Shown piece after piece: positions 1 through 15,331 of a stretch of DNA of 64,000 nucleotides. The translations under genes were made by a program, and so were the position numbers. Numbering within the stretch: position 1 is the stretch's first letter; each line of letters opens with the position of its first letter. The DNA lies in assembly GCF_009914755.1 (NCBI RefSeq), contig NC_060925.1; one strand, 5' to 3'. The DNA is from the human T2T-CHM13v2.0 reference genome, Homo sapiens. The notes under the pieces were generated by a model. That model ran no database searches, had not been told where the DNA came from, and worked only from the letters and a program-made list of their open reading frames with translations.

Positions 1-159
1 CACTGTTGAATTTGAAAAATATTCCAACTATTGTGTATGGCACTATCACACTATGAGAGAGCAAAGAATGTGGTGATCTCTTTCTCCAAAGACCTTATTA
101 TCCAATGTGTGAATATGCATGTGGCAGTGAGTATGTATATTATGTAGAGTGAAAAGAAC

Positions 160-378
160 TAATTGTCATTAATATGTCAGGCATGATATTAACTGTGTCA
201 TAACGTTTGTTCTATTAAAGTGAAATCTTAAGAGGGTATTATATCATATTTATAATATATAAAATGAAAAATCAGTAAAGATATTTTCCCCAAGTACTGA
301 GATCTAGTAAAGTATGAACTTGGAATATGACCCTGGTATGTGATTCCAAAATCCATAGTATTTCACCTGTATCATGCT
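160..378 (-). mobile_element. MIR SINE, degraded
   Basis: Colinear with reverse-complement MIR core (tgtcaggcatg...ccccaagtac...ctagtaaag...ttccaaaatccatagtatttcac). Confidence 0.5.
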
Positions 379-593
379 ATCTTACGAGGTAATGCTTGAC
401 AGTCTTATTATATACACATATATACATACATGTTTATATTTGCATATGCAATTATATATACAACTATACTATGTTATATATGACTAAATACCACTAGGAG
501 TAGCTCAAATATTTACCTTTGGTAGAAATCAGGCAGGTCATATGAATGCCTAGGAAAGGAAACAGGAAAAAATCTTTACCCTGCAAGATCAAG

Positions 594-850
594 TTATTCA
601 TTTAACAAATACTTACCAAGAGCTTTAATTGGACAGGCTTCATTCCAGAAACTTGATGTATATACTAGAGGGAAGGTTGGCAAGAGTTCTCTTCTCCTCC
701 TATTCATTTATACAAAACAAGCAAGAGTGTAACAAATTGAGTAGAAGTATAGGTTCAGGCAAGAGAAAGAACATTAAATGAGGACAGCAATAGTGGTCAT
801 TTAGAGCAGCTTCAGAGGTTTTGAAGAGGATGGCTAGTCTACAGTGAAGG
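594..850 (-). mobile_element. L2 3' end fragment
   Basis: ttattcatttaacaaatacttacc resembles the reverse-complement L2 terminus. Confidence 0.4.
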
Positions 851-1229
851 TATATTACTGGGAGAAGTAGAGGAATATTAATAGTACATTATGCAAGGGA
901 TAAAGGTGGGGAGTAGGTTAGGAGAAATGAAATGCATACAGAAATTTGGCTTAATGTTTTAGTCATGAAAGCTCTCATGGGACCACCACTTGCACATTTT
1001 CTCTCCGCGCAAAAGTACACTGGGAAGTCTCCACACTTACACAGTTCAAAGAAAGAATTTTGAGATATTAATCTTTGTTTTTTTCACATTCACTTATGCA
1101 GAGAATTAGACTTGTGAGAGCAGGAATTTAATGTAAAAGAAAGGTAATATTTTACTTTTGACTTCCAAAACAGACTCTTGAATCCTCTATAAAAATAAAA
1201 AATTGTGAGTCCATTTTTGTTTTGTTTGG

Positions 1230-2042
1230 TAAAAATAAGATATGCTTTAGAGCATAAGATTCTTTATAAAAGGGCAGAATTTAAATGTTTAACAAAATAT
1301 TACAAAGAAATGAGAGGAAAACTGACGCAGACCCACCCTCTCTGGACAAAGTTTATGTGATCAGGAGGAGAGGGGGAAACTGAATGGGGTGTGAATATAT
1401 AAAAAGTAGGAAGGGGCTAAGACAAGGAAACTGGGACAGGAGATCATAATAGAGAAAATTTGAGGAAATTCATGTGAAAAACTGTGCACAGCAAAATCTG
1501 TCCAACTATATGCAGCATTCGTGTATCAAAGTCAGTATAAAGGCAGGGCCCAGAACCAGGTACTATGTACCACCAGGTCAAGGCACCTACGTGGGAGACA
1601 AGCTGATGATGGCAGTCACTATCACCATTCCAATGACCATCACACATTACCTGTGCTAACATTAACTATGTTCACTACTGTTTGATGAGACATTTCTATG
1701 TTGTTCCTAAGTATCATCAGAGGAATTGTCCTGCAGAGGTGAAATCTACTCATGCCTGGAGACTTAGCTGAGATTAAGTGAACTTCTCCAAGTGGAAATT
1801 CTCTTCTCAGTGGTCTCTCAGCCTTGTAAAAGTGTGTAGGTTCCATGACACTCAGTGAAGTTCTGGTTGTAAGGGAAGGAAAGGTCTCTGGTAGTCCCTG
1901 CTTTTAGGTAATACTGGTCAGCCCTGAAACCCACTCCAGTTACAAATGTCAATCAGTCACTGTCTGGCCAGTCTGTCACTGCCCACTGACCTTTATGTAT
2001 CCCCATTCACCTCTTCTGTTCCACACAGAACTGTGTCTCACA
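1230..2042 (-). mobile_element. Ancient LTR, LTR78-like
   Basis: GC-elevated block ending ...tgtgtctcaca (TG start on minus strand). Motifs ggaaggggctaagacaagg and cctggagacttagctgagattaagtgaacttctcca resemble LTR78 as I recall it. Left boundary uncertain. Confidence 0.45.
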
Positions 2043-2836
2043 CCCTACAAATTGACGCATATATTTTCTTTATTTTTAGGAACAGAAAGCCACTGTTTTC
2101 AATAAAATGACAATCTGAGTTACACTAATTTCACTTACCTCTGATACTGAAAATCCTGCCTGTCCTCACTTGACTCCCATGATGAATGATTTGTCAGTCA
2201 CAGGAATGGTAGTAATTAATAAAATTTATGATGTCATCGAGGTCTGAGAATATTAAGTGGCAGTTGGTAGAAATAAGTAATAACATACATTGACAAATCC
2301 AAAATCAAAAGTTAGAGGTAAAATTCTGTCACTATTAATATTTCTGTATTGCATATGAGCAGGCTGATTGATAATATTGTTTCAGACTATAAATTAAGGT
2401 GCATGCTTTTTATATAACTCAGTCCCCCACTCTTAATGAGGGAACACCTGGTGAACTGAAGCAATAAATCACTAAAACCGAGATGATTTTCATCCCAGGA
2501 GATTGTTGTACAGCACAGAACATTAACTACAGCTACTAAGGAGAGAAAGACAAATGTCCATCAAACTCTCAGATGAGAATAATTACCAGGATTGGCAGGT
2601 ATGAACTCAAAGAGAAAAGGTTTTGTAGAATCTTTTTTTTTTCCCTCGTCATAGACAGGAGCCAGAGGAAAAGTCATACCTGGTCTTACTGTTTTACCTG
2701 GAATCTGTGTAGCAAAAAGTTCAATGGCTACGTGTGTACTTCTGTTAATACAATTTAGCTTAGAATTTATGAATAAGATTTTGGAGTTTGGTAAACCAAA
2801 GTTTTGATCTAGGGTCCACCACTAAACTTTGTGCAA

Positions 2837-3590
2837 TGTAATGGACATTTGTTTACCCACTGATCAAACATCCCGTTCCTTTCTTGATAAGCGAATCTCA
2901 ATTCTTTCAATACAGTTGGATGCCATATCAGCCCCAGTCCTCTAAAAGCAGAGCCTGAGACAAAGTTAAATTATAATTACTGGAGACATGCTAGTCAGGG
3001 AAGTAAGTATGAGGACAAAAAGGAAGTGAGGCAAGGAAAGATCAAAAGTTCAAAAGCTATTCAACATTTTGCCAGCAGTGATTACCGCTTCACAAGAAGC
3101 TATGGAGGGATACAACAGGTGTAAAATGCATTTGAGGATTTCTTCAGTAAATTGACAAGAAGAAATAACCTCAGAGCAGTTCACTGTAGGCAGAAGAAGG
3201 AGGATTTGTCTTTTTGATTCTCTCCTAACTTCCTTTTCTTATCTTTTACTGGCTAAAGTTTACCTCATGGAGCGCTAAATCCTCCATGTCTCTGGGTTTG
3301 TCTAGAGGCTTCCCAGCAGCTGCTCTGGAAGCCAGACCTCATATTTCCTCATAATCTGAAAGTGGAAGTGTGACAGGAAGGGAATAGGGCACTGACCAAG
3401 AGAAAGAAAGAAGGTGGATGAGGGAATCTGAGAAAGTGCAGAGGGTTTTTTCGATACTGTGACATTGTGTCAAACCCCAGTAAATGGTCCATGGCTAAAT
3501 TAGGGTTGGGGTAAGTCATTTGTAATAGTTCCCTTAACATTTGCTGGTGATTGGGTTAGGATTAAACAAGCCATCTTCTTTTGTAAGACT
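2837..3590 (+). mobile_element. Old MaLR LTR (MLT1K/L-like), split by an LTR33-like insertion
   Basis: Start tgtaatggacatttgtt...aacatcccgttcctttcttgataagc, resuming after 3458 with ctggtgattgggttaggat. Confidence 0.4.
2921..3457 (-). mobile_element. ERVL LTR, LTR33 family
   Basis: aaagcagagcctgagacaaag...ggaagtgaggcaaggaaag is colinear with reverse-complement LTR33. Confidence 0.55.
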
Positions 3591-3717
3591 CTGTTAGGAG
3601 TGTTCTGAAAATTTTTTTCGTTTTCATTTGAAAGGAACTGTGACCAAGAAGTACCTATACTATTCTGTCTTTATTTTTGAATGCTATATTGGACCAAATC
3701 TAGAATGTATGAGAGTG

Positions 3718-3948
3718 GGTGTGGCATCATGTTTAAGGACAAGAGATCTAGAAATTTGGTTCAGATCCTGTTTTGCCATGTACTACGACTCAAAAAACTT
3801 GCTTAACCTATCTGTGCATGATTTTCCTCATCTGTAAACTAATAGTGACAATAGAAGCTATCTCATAATATTATAATGAAGATTCAATGAGTCAATATAT
3901 AAACTGTTTAGAATGTAGTGAGTGCTGAGAATTATATATTTTATTATA
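3718..3948 (+). mobile_element. MIR SINE
   Basis: Core ttaacctatctgtgcatgattttcctcatctgtaaa...gaagattcaatgagtcaatat. Confidence 0.75.
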
Positions 3949-5659
3949 TAGATATACTCTCTAATTTGGCGTTTATTGGTGCAACTTAATTTACTTCATT
4001 GAATATTATGTATATTATTCATCGGTAGGAAGATCTGTGAGGGATCTCAGATGTTAGTGCTCATAATATGAGACACTAATGAGTAATCCAAAATACCTGG
4101 GAAGAATGAATTTACCTGTAAAAGTAAGCAGTTTATTATCTATTGTCTGAAAAGAGAAGGGCAGCAATATTTAAAGCATTTTGAGTCTCTTGGAAGAAAG
4201 AGGGCTTATAAATCCAAGTTTTTAATTTTTTTTCTTCTTTTGCTGTTATTGGTTGATTGGTAGCTTTTTGAAAAGGAATCTGCTCCTCTCTGAACTCACA
4301 TTTCCTCACTAAAATTCATATCCTAATGAAAAATATTGCTAAATGTTACCTATCTGAATCATCCCATCATCCCTAATGCTAGTGTCCTATTTATCCATGT
4401 TCGACATTTCAATATTTCTGTTGATTTCTGTCTTGAGTAAAGTTCTTAGGAAATAAGTTATTTTATTCATCTATTTATTCTCCCTTTAGCTTTCTGCCTT
4501 TTATTCTGTGTCTTCAATTTTATCAAGACTATAGCTTATTCATATTTCAGCATTTTCACCTAAATTCTTATATTAAATTTCATCTCATATTATAAAAATA
4601 GAACTGAATAGTTTCCTACTACATACTTTGTTCTTTCATAAAAAAATACACATCCTTTTTTAATGGCATAGATACGTATCAGTCTGCCTACTGCTGTCCT
4701 CTTTCATTATCTTTTAATGCTAGGAGGAATGTATTCTAATAGCAACTATCATTACCACTGTAAAAAAAAATAATTCTCTATTCATTCTGAGAGGATTCTT
4801 TCTTAAAAGAATGCCTTGAATATTACTTATTACCAAGACACGTTGGGAAGCCACATACTTTTTAATGGATTTTCTCTTCCAATCAACATTTTTCAAGAGG
4901 GCACTTCCTTTTGATAAAGGAAAAACTCCATCTGCAAGTTAAGATGTTTAAGCTAGTTGTAACACTGTGGTACAATCTTTTGTGATGATTCAGGTGATTA
5001 ATTATATGATTGCAGCTTTTAAGAAGAAATGTGGGTCTTGAAAGTTTATTTGACACTTTGTTTTACCTTAATAAAGAAACTATAATTGTTGAGATTTCAA
5101 GGGAAAATGTACGAGATTTGTTTGATTTGCTTGTTCATAAGATGACCAAGCATTTACTTCTGTGCATTATGATTCTGAGCTTTTGTGTCTAATTATAAAC
5201 TGTGAATAATCAATGAGAGTGCCGACTGAACTTCAGGGAAATTATAAATAGGCATTGTAACATGCATTATTACTCTAAAGCAGTTAAGTAGAGGGAGTAG
5301 GAGCCTCTTAGGAGGATTTGGGTTACATGATTCAACTATTATTTTTTGTTACATAATATCTATCTCTACAAATTTTGTAATCTGCTTTGAGTCTTTCCAG
5401 ATCATTTTTTCTCATCTTGTCAACATAGTTATTGTACTAATTTTTGACAGTTCATTTCAGAGCAATTAATTATTCTTCTCAATAATCTTTCCAGGGGCTA
5501 TAGGTTCCCTGCAAAAGCTTATTATCCCCCCATGGACCTTTAGGGAAATACCTTTACTCTAGCAGACATTACATTGTTCCTTTCTTTAAAATCTGCCCTC
5601 CCTATAGCTCAAAAGCAAGAACTCTTTATATTCACCTATATAGCATTGGGTCATGTATG

Positions 5660-6480
5660 TAATTTTAAGAAATGTTATGGAAAATGGCAGAGTACCAGAG
5701 CAAAATTATTTAAACAAAAAGGGTAGTGTATTGATTTTCATAAGTGAAAGTTCCAGGGGTATGTATGATTTGAGTTGCACACTGGGATCAAGTGTGCAGA
5801 ATGATTTTCTTAAATTATTATTTTTATCTATCCCCCCCCACCCCATTTTATTCTGAAGCAAGCATGGTCCTGAGGTTTACATTTCCCCGGGTTTAACTCT
5901 GACTTGCTTGGGCTCACCTAGAGGCAATAAAAATCTCCCATCTCAGTTATTTAAACAAAATTCTTATAGTTTGTCTTTAATGTGGACAAAAGCTTATAAT
6001 GAGCACTCAGTGTGGCCAAGGCCATGAGAGACACTGAATGGTTTTTAGCACAGTTCCAATGATCTCTCTTGGAACATCTAGTTGAGTCACTTGAGCTCTA
6101 TTAGACTTCTTAATTGTGGTTCAAATAATCTATTCCTGCTACATTAAGCAGTTAGGAGTTTATTTGACATTAGTGAGAAGATTATAAAATTTTGATAAAG
6201 CTCTAGGGTGAGCTTCCCAGAATGATTCAAGAATTTTACTACAACAGCATTCTAGCAAGAGTGCTGACACTGCTGGCAATACTGAAACTAAGTTCCCTCT
6301 GCTTCAGTCAGGAGCTGCCACCTCCCATCCATCCCAGAACTGCATCTTCTCTGCTGCTACCTCCACTCAATACAATGGGTGTCATGCACACTGCTATCTC
6401 CTCACTTGGCCAGTTTCTAAATATCAATCTCAAGCAGGTACATTTGACTGATGGCAATTAAATTGCATGTCTTCCTATGA
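5660..6480 (-). mobile_element. Adjacent old MLT1-type MaLR LTR remnants
   Basis: tttaaacaaaaagggtagtgtattg and ttaagcagttaggagtttatt starts are typical of reverse-strand MLT1K-N LTRs; heavily diverged. Confidence 0.4.
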
Positions 6481-6518
6481 GCATATAGGGGTGATTATAA
6501 AAATAGCTGTTTGGTTAT

Positions 6519-6838
6519 TATCTTAGTCTGTGCTATTAAAATGAACATCTGAGACAGGGTAACTTATAATTAACAGAAATCTATTGGTTCACAGTTTTGG
6601 AGGCTAAGAAGTTCAACATCAAAGGGCCAGTATCTTTTGAAGACCTTCTTGCCTTGTCTTCACATGGTGGAAGGCAAAAAGTCAAGAGAGCAAGAGAGAG
6701 CCAAACTTACTCTTTTCAAATGTCACCAATTCCACTCATGAGAGTAGAGTCCTATTAAAGGTCCCACCTTTTAATATTGTTACAATGGCAACTAAATTTT
6801 AATGTGAGTATGGGAGGAAAAAAATTCAAATCATAGCA
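6519..6838 (-). mobile_element. MST solo LTR (MSTD-like)
   Basis: tatcttagtc...cacagttttggaggctaagaagttcaacatcaa...aaatcatagca; 5-bp TSD GTTAT at 6514-6518 and 6839-6843. Confidence 0.85.
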
Positions 6839-9213
6839 GTTATAAACCGAGAAGGTAGAATGAATGTTTAAAAGAAATATTGAGTTGTTTAGAGGGTATT
6901 AAGAGATTTAGGACAATTGTGAGTTGCACATGTGCATCTTTACCCAAACATATGGACTGCTATTGAGGAAAACTTATAGCCTAAGGAAAAGCATGCTCTT
7001 TTTATCTCTTTTTGTGTGTGTGTGTTGGAGTTGGGTGGGGGTCACCAGTGAATGAATGGTAAACAAAATTGTAGGCAAGAATAATAAAGGCATACTTCAT
7101 TATCTCAGTGCTTGACCTGAAGTAAATATACAAAGAAATATGTATTAGTTGAATAAATAAATAAAACCTTTTCAAAATAAAACTGCATATATTATATATA
7201 CAAAACAATATCAGATGTTTCTGCATATGGCTTAAGAGCACAGAATAAGACACAAAGAACTGACATATTGACATAAATTATGACAACATCAGCAGTACAG
7301 AAAGGGAATATTTTTGGGCCATTATCTGCATGTTTAAACATGAAGGATATATAGCATATTTAAATCAACTCAAAATTTTCATAATGATTCCAAAATGTCA
7401 AATTTTAAAATACAATTATTTCCAAGGTCATTTAATAGAAAAAATCATCTGTTTTATGAATTTAAAGAAATCAGTAAACTCATTTAATACAATTAAAATC
7501 TAGATCCTTAATGTACAAATATCCATTTATAATTTGCCCCAGTGTAGACAGCCATAATTTTGAGCACATTCTGATTTCTTGAACTCTAAAATTACAGCAG
7601 ACTTCATGCTCCAACCTTTCAATTTACCACCAGAAGCAAAATTACTAATAAAAAGTCAGAGACAAATTGACATCCTTAAGGACAAAAATTGCTTGGAAAG
7701 GACTGTCACTTAGTTCTGTCATGAAACCTCTTTTTTTCTTGCATTATTCCTGAGTAGTAACGTTGAAATAGGGTCCCTGGGAAAGAGGACATGATGAAGG
7801 ATTTTGCTTAAGACTGGGTCTTGGGGCGTAAGAGTACATACTTTTTCACCATGAGATCACATAGTAGACCTGTTTAGTGTAACATCATTTCTGAAAGATA
7901 TCCTTGACTTTAATAGGCCATGCAAGGTCGAACGGGGACCAGGCAGAGTTAGTACTCTAGTCTTGAATGCAGGTTAAAATAGTTCATTTATGGCCTTTCT
8001 GCTGTAGGGGATAGAAGAGAAAATTAACGGAGGCTTTTCTTTTCTCTGCTATTTTTTTCTAGCTCTATTCATTATGTAATAAATTAGATGCTTGTTTCAA
8101 AACTCCAGTTAATAAAAATGAACTGAGCATATATCATTCGAGAGAAAAAAACTGGTTGTAGTTGGTATTTGAATTGGGTACTAATTCTAGACAGAGGACT
8201 TGGATGGAGGTCACCCAAAATGCACATCAAATAGATTTACCCTTTTAAAATATTGTACATTTTTCTCAAAACAAGAATAGCAGAATAGGTAATGAATTTG
8301 AATCAGAAAGAAAATTGATACTTATTTATCTCGTACAAATTTTAAGAATTACTTTATTTCCATTTAATACGTTGCCAAGATTTCTCAAAGAGAGATTCCC
8401 ATTATCATTATAAAATGGTCGGCAAATAAAGTGTTTCATGGTCAATTAAGTTTGGGAAAAAAAGCATAGAGCATAATCTTCCTGCATCCACACACCACAA
8501 TCCAAACATTAAATTCTGTATGAATTTCTGCCAATAAAATCACTATATTTAGAAAAAATATAATGTTTTGTTTCCTTCATATAAAAGCCTGTGATCTCTT
8601 TTTATTTACCCAACTTTACAAATATATTCATTAAACATAATTTATTGTGGATCAAAAATGTGAAAGCTCAGTGACATAGTTAATAAATAACTTAAAATTT
8701 TATTTATTATGCACTTTAGAAGAAAAGCCACTTATAGCTATACTATATTGAAATACTATTTGTTCTAATTGTTGCTTATATATATTTCTTTATAAATTTA
8801 CTTGCATAAATATAATACTTTATAAGTTACACAGTATCTTTCAATGAAAACTATTGGTAATGCAATATTATTAGGATTCCATAGTTTAAACTGGTCAATT
8901 CTTACAACTGTTTTGTTTTCATCACAATAGGATTTGATGCAATCACATATAGTCACATTTTTTCTGAAGAAACCTTTCAAAGTATTTCTACATGACAAAA
9001 TTAATTTCCCTAGAAAGTAAACAACTAACCCAAATGATATTTTTAACTTTTTAAAAGTCATTAGTGACTTTTCCCCAAAAACAGTATCTCTTTTAAAAGT
9101 AATTTTTGATTTAGTGATTCAAATCAAAATAGTAAACACTTTAGTGGATATAGAAGTAGTACTTTATAGTTTGGCACTTTTTGAATTTAAATGCAGTATA
9201 AAAATAAGGTTTA

Positions 9214-9559
<346 letters not shown>

Positions 9560-10356
9560 TTCATACCTATGAATAACAAAAAGCATATCTAAATATAATA
9601 GCAGCTGTGTTTAAGTACTAGCTAAAAGCATTTGAAGTTTTTAATGATTGCTACAAAAAAATAGAATTTTCTGAACTTTGCAGTCAATATAATGTAGTAT
9701 AAAGAAGATAGGAATAAAACTGGAGATTTCTGGCTGACTTGACCAGATCACATGTTATCTTATTCTGGAGAAAGAACATCAAATTACTGAAATAAATCAT
9801 AGATTTCTAAATTCAAGAAAAATAAAAGTATTGGCAAATTTAAAGACAAAGAGTAAAATAGCTACCAATTTCTGATGATTATGAAATTTCTGAAATCCAT
9901 TCTCATTTCTTTCAAGGTGTTCTCAATACTCCATTCTAGGTCAAAGCAGAGAAAGGCACTAAAGATAGCTTCTCCCTCTCTTTCCTTGGCCTTGCCAGGC
10001 CAGACTGTTTTGTAGCAGCAAATGTGCTTCTGCTTTTAAAATAAGCTCCAACCATGCATCTTGAATAGTAAGTTGGGATTAGTGAGATTCTATTGCTAAA
10101 TGTTCAGCATCACAAATAATTCAGTAACTTGATCACATCGGAAAATACACTATACACTAAATGGCACAATTTTCACATTTCTGTTGAAATGTAAATGCCA
10201 CAGTTTGATTTTTAGGAAGGTGCATATGACCACAAGAAGCATCAAATTGATTGTCATTAAGCTACACACAAATAGAATTGATAATATAACAGAAAATCAT
10301 GATCCTCATTCTTGAAGAACACCTACCTTTAGAAAATTCAAGAAAGCTTCATGTCC

Positions 10357-10370
10357 ACACACAGAGACAG

Positions 10371-10411
<41 letters not shown>
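10357..10411. repeat. (CA)n microsatellite
   Basis: Directly visible CA run. Confidence 0.95.
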
Positions 10412-10413
<2 letters not shown>

Positions 10414-10599
10414 CAAAGATGCAGTTCACCAATATAGGAATGATGCAGTAAGGCTGCTTTGGGGAATTCAGACTTGCAAAGCTTCTTTGATCTGCTACAA
10501 GAAGAAATATTTCTGCATAATGTTCTTGAAACATGTCATTTCCTTTTCTGAGCCTATTTTCCTGATCTCTCATTATGCTAAAACTCCCCAAATATTCCA

Positions 10600-10888
10600 C
10601 TTTTCAAGTTAGAAAACCTCAATTTATCCTTATGCTTCCAATTTGGATAGTATTGCCTTTTTCGAGCCCTCAAATCCCTTCTGTGTTGCAGAGCACTGGA
10701 CAATCCCTTAACATAGCAGTGATTACTTAACATTTTAACATCCTGCTTTCTGTTGTGTTTTAGTAATGTGTCTTGAACACTAGACTGTAAACGCTATAAA
10801 GGATGGAGTCCTGTATGCTTTGTTAATGTGCATATCAACAATGCCTAGTTTTATACCCAATGAATAAATGACACAATGAATAAATGAC
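10600..10888 (+). mobile_element. L2 3' end
   Basis: cactagactgtaaac...tttgttaatgtg...tgcctag...aatgaataaatga tail. Confidence 0.55.
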
Positions 10889-11707
10889 TAGAAAGTCCAA
10901 GACTAAAGCAACAGCAGGATAATGGCGAGTGAAACCAGTCTATCTAATACTGTTAGCTAACTTCAGAACTAAGATTTCTTATAAAGCTTATAAAACGAAA
11001 TTTTTTAAAAGGTTAGGATAATCTAGATACTTTTAAAAGCTTTATTAAGTTTTACACACAAAGAGACTAGATTACTCACATTTTATTGGGTAAAAAAATC
11101 AACTATTGAAGAGCAATAAGTTCCACTATCTTCACTTATGATAATGAAAATTTACATGTGCCATTTTCACACTGGGCTACATAAAGGTCAAATAATATTT
11201 TTAAAATATGATTCAATTAAAAAAATAGGCTAGAAGGACTGCAAATCTACTTGAAATAAATTTTAAAAAGTATATGTGTATACATATCTGTTTATATATG
11301 TGGGTGGGGGTATATACATATATATTTTGTGAAAAAATGATTCATATTAAGATACAACTAATGAAAAACTGACTCTGAGTGTTTGAAGAGTTGATATAGA
11401 AAATCCTAGTTCATATTCCAATATATTGACCATTGCTCTACATATAATTTCATGGTAATGTTGACTCTGTTTGGTGAATTATAAATCTTGGAAAATGTAC
11501 TGAATCCTCTTGCTATTCTACCTTCTCCATATTGCTAATCAGTTTGAACTTTAATTTTAATCATGTAATTTACTACTAATTTTCACTTTTTTATCTATGT
11601 AGATTTTCTTGTTTTAGTTTGTACTTTTTTAGTTCATTCATATTGTAAAATAATTTTTACAAAAAGAAGCAAAAAGGCCACGTAAATTATTTTTTAAAAG
11701 CTTAATT

Positions 11708-12003
11708 GGCTCTGCTCAGTGGCTCACGCCTGTAATACCAGCACTTTGGGAGGCCAAGGCAGGCCGATCACGAGGTCAGGGGATCCAGACCATCCTGGCT
11801 AACAAGGTGAAACCTCGTCTCTACTAAAAATACAAAAAAATTAGCCAGGCATGGTGGCGGGCTCCTGTAGTCCCAGCTGAGGCAAGAGAATTGCATGAAC
11901 CCGGGAGGCGGAGTTTGCAGTAGCCGAGATCGCGCCACGGCACTTCAGCCTGGGCGACAGAGTGAAACTCTTATCAAAAAAAAACAAAAATAAATACATA
12001 AAT
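11708..12003 (+). mobile_element. AluY/AluSc8-type
   Basis: gatcacgaggtc, accatcctggctaaca; about 12-bp internal deletion after cccagct; flanking aaaagctta direct repeats. Confidence 0.9.
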
Positions 12004-13980
12004 AAAAAGCTTATTGAATATTAACTTCCCCAAGGTCACCTGAGTTGTGCTAAATAATTTTACATATTTTGCCTATATTTACCATTGACATGGAAAAGAT
12101 GAAATTATCTTTCCAAATTTTCTGTTTTGAAACTATATTTTTGAAATACTTGAGATCTTTGACACCTCTTTTGACATTTTAAGGGATAGCAAATATCTAG
12201 TTATTGGAAATAATTTAAATTTTTTGCAAAGTCACATAAACTTAAGATGGTGAGTAACAAAACAATATAATCTTAAAATCCCTTTCTCAATTGTCTCAAT
12301 CACATTTTTATACAAATATAAAAACCCTTACCTATTCATAGTTACACACCAGCCACATCAAATATGTTATGAGTATAAATAATTAAATATGATTTTTAAC
12401 AGACGTCAAAATCTAAAAGCAATAACAAAACAAATATCAAAATGTTTAAGCATTTTGATAACACCAATGTAACAAATGTAACACCATTTGATCATGCATC
12501 TCATGTTAATTACTTTTTGTGGTAATTATATATGCACATATATTTTTTAATCTAAAATATAAAAAGCAAACTTCTTTTTTTTAGCAAACATCATATATTT
12601 ACTCATTTATAATTTTGACTTTCCTTGGCATTTAAAAAGATAAAAGTCTACCTCAGGTAAGCTCTAAGAACTCATTTTAATTATTTTCTTAGGTAAATTG
12701 TCCTTCTCTCCATCTTTCATCCATTTAATTCAATCGTGGTTAGTTGAGTTCGGTTGTCTGTGAAACATTTAGCCTAACAACAGGCATTAGGTAGGTGTTT
12801 TCAGGCCACTACTGGGGCAAAGCTAACTTTGTCCTTTGTATTAATATTCACACTAAACAGATGAATTTATTTAATGCAGTGATGCCTTAAGGAAGGTTGC
12901 TTGCCCTTCATTGTAAAGAAAAGAGAGAGAGAGAAATGAGGAGAATAAAGCAAGCTGAAAATATCTATAACACCATCAGATTAGAAACATCATCACTTAA
13001 AGTTATCCAGAACCCACTTTGAAATACTTGGCAGTAGAATATTTGAAGGTAACAAGCTTCTGAAATTTTCTTGAAGTATGTAAAATTTGAATGTAGATTT
13101 CTTATTCCTTACTTTTTCTACAGTAATTTCAAAAGCAACAGGTAAAATATTCCTGACCACTCAAAAGATATTTCTATTATATAACATCAACTTAGAATTC
13201 TACAGAAGGTAAAATTAAGTTAAATTTTACAGTATTGAAATCATCTAGAACTATAAAAAAGTCATACCCAAAGGACTTCTGAAATAAAAATAGACATAAA
13301 GACTATTAAAAATACAAATCCTTTTAACGTCATACGAGAAAGTAGGGTGTTCTATATTTTAAGTCCTCAAAACTAATTTTAAACATGACTGCCACTGTTA
13401 GAAATTATGTTCTAGAAATTATGTCTGTGAGCTATGGAGAAACTGGACACTGACAAAATTTTGCTTTCCTAGGTTATCTAGAAAATTATATGTAAAATTA
13501 TTTTAAGATATTAATTTCTAATACCTGCATTCATTAACAATCAAGTTAATTTAGTACCGCAGATATTTCAGGGGTTGTGACAAACACTGGAGATAAATTG
13601 ATGAGCAAGAAACTCACAGAATTTAAAAAGAACAGAAAAGAGAAACTTAAGCTAATTATACTTGCAATGAAATAAAACTTTGGGATAATGGAAGTACCTA
13701 AACTGGTTTGCAAGTGAGACATGAAGGAGCAATGAATAAATGTAAAGATTTTTGAGAAAAAAATAAGACAGTTATTTTCAGGAACTGAAATGTAATCTGT
13801 ATGATTGAAGCATAAGAAAAGAAAAAATGCTGTACAGGAGGAAGTTGCAGACTTAAATTGTATTCAGATCATATAGAACTTGCTAAAGTTTGGTGGTTGT
13901 TTTAGGTTGCTTGTTTTTTTCATTCTGAGGTTCATGACAAGTCACTGAAGAAGATTTTAGCAGATCATGAGAGTAAGATT

Positions 13981-14599
<619 letters not shown>

Positions 14600-14787
14600 G
14601 ATAGTAAGATTTATGTTTAATCTCTAGATCTCTGTGGTATAGGAACTAGGGTAAAAGGAAGACGGCCAAGACCAGCTAGAATACATTGATTTTTTAGTAA
14701 TCCAGGGAATTGATAATATCTTGGAGAAATCAAAAGTATCAAGACATAGGAAGTAGTATTGGTAGATTCGTGGTTTGGATAGATTGG

Positions 14788-15057
14788 TGATATGGTTTTG
14801 CTCTGTGTCCTCACCCAAATCTCATCTCAAATTATAATTTTCATAATCCCCATGAGTCGAAGGAGGAGCCCAGCAGGAGGTGATTGGATCATGGGGGCGG
14901 TTTCCTCTATGCTGTTCTTGTGGTAGTGAGTGAGTTCTCATGAGATCTGATGGTTTTATAAAGGGCTCTTCACGCTTCGCTTTTCACTTTTGTCTCTCCT
15001 GCCACCATGTGGAGAAGGTCCTTGTTTCCCCCTTCACCTTCAGCCATGATAGCAAGT
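14788..15057 (+). mobile_element. THE1D-like MaLR LTR, 3'-truncated
   Basis: tgatatggttttgctctgtgtcctcacccaaatctcatc...; stops at ccatgatagcaagtt, lacking about 100 bp of the 3' end. Confidence 0.85.
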
Positions 15058-15331
15058 TCTGGTGATATCTGCTTATAGGTGTTTTTCAAAAGCATGGATG
15101 TGTATGAGAAAACCCATAAGGGGAATGTAGTGTGAGAACAAAGGAGAAATATATGGGGCTCAAAGAAAAAAAGAAAGAAAAAGAAAAACAGCACAACTAA
15201 CAGAGAGAAAATTAACAGAAACCCTGTAAATGAGAAAAGCTAAATAGCTTTAGAGTTTAAAGTAGAAAAAGAATTAGTGATGCTTTTAAATCCAAGAAAG
15301 GAAAGTTCCAAGAAAACAGTCAATTGTGTCA

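Noticed and set aside
1444-1846. Cluster of overlapping ORFs suggesting an exon or processed pseudogene
   Set aside because: No recognisable protein similarity; better explained as an ancient LTR78-like element.
13399-13424. Micro tandem duplications (also about 10858, 17311, 41953, 48518, 55371, 59929)
   Set aside because: Ordinary slippage events of 10-22 bp.
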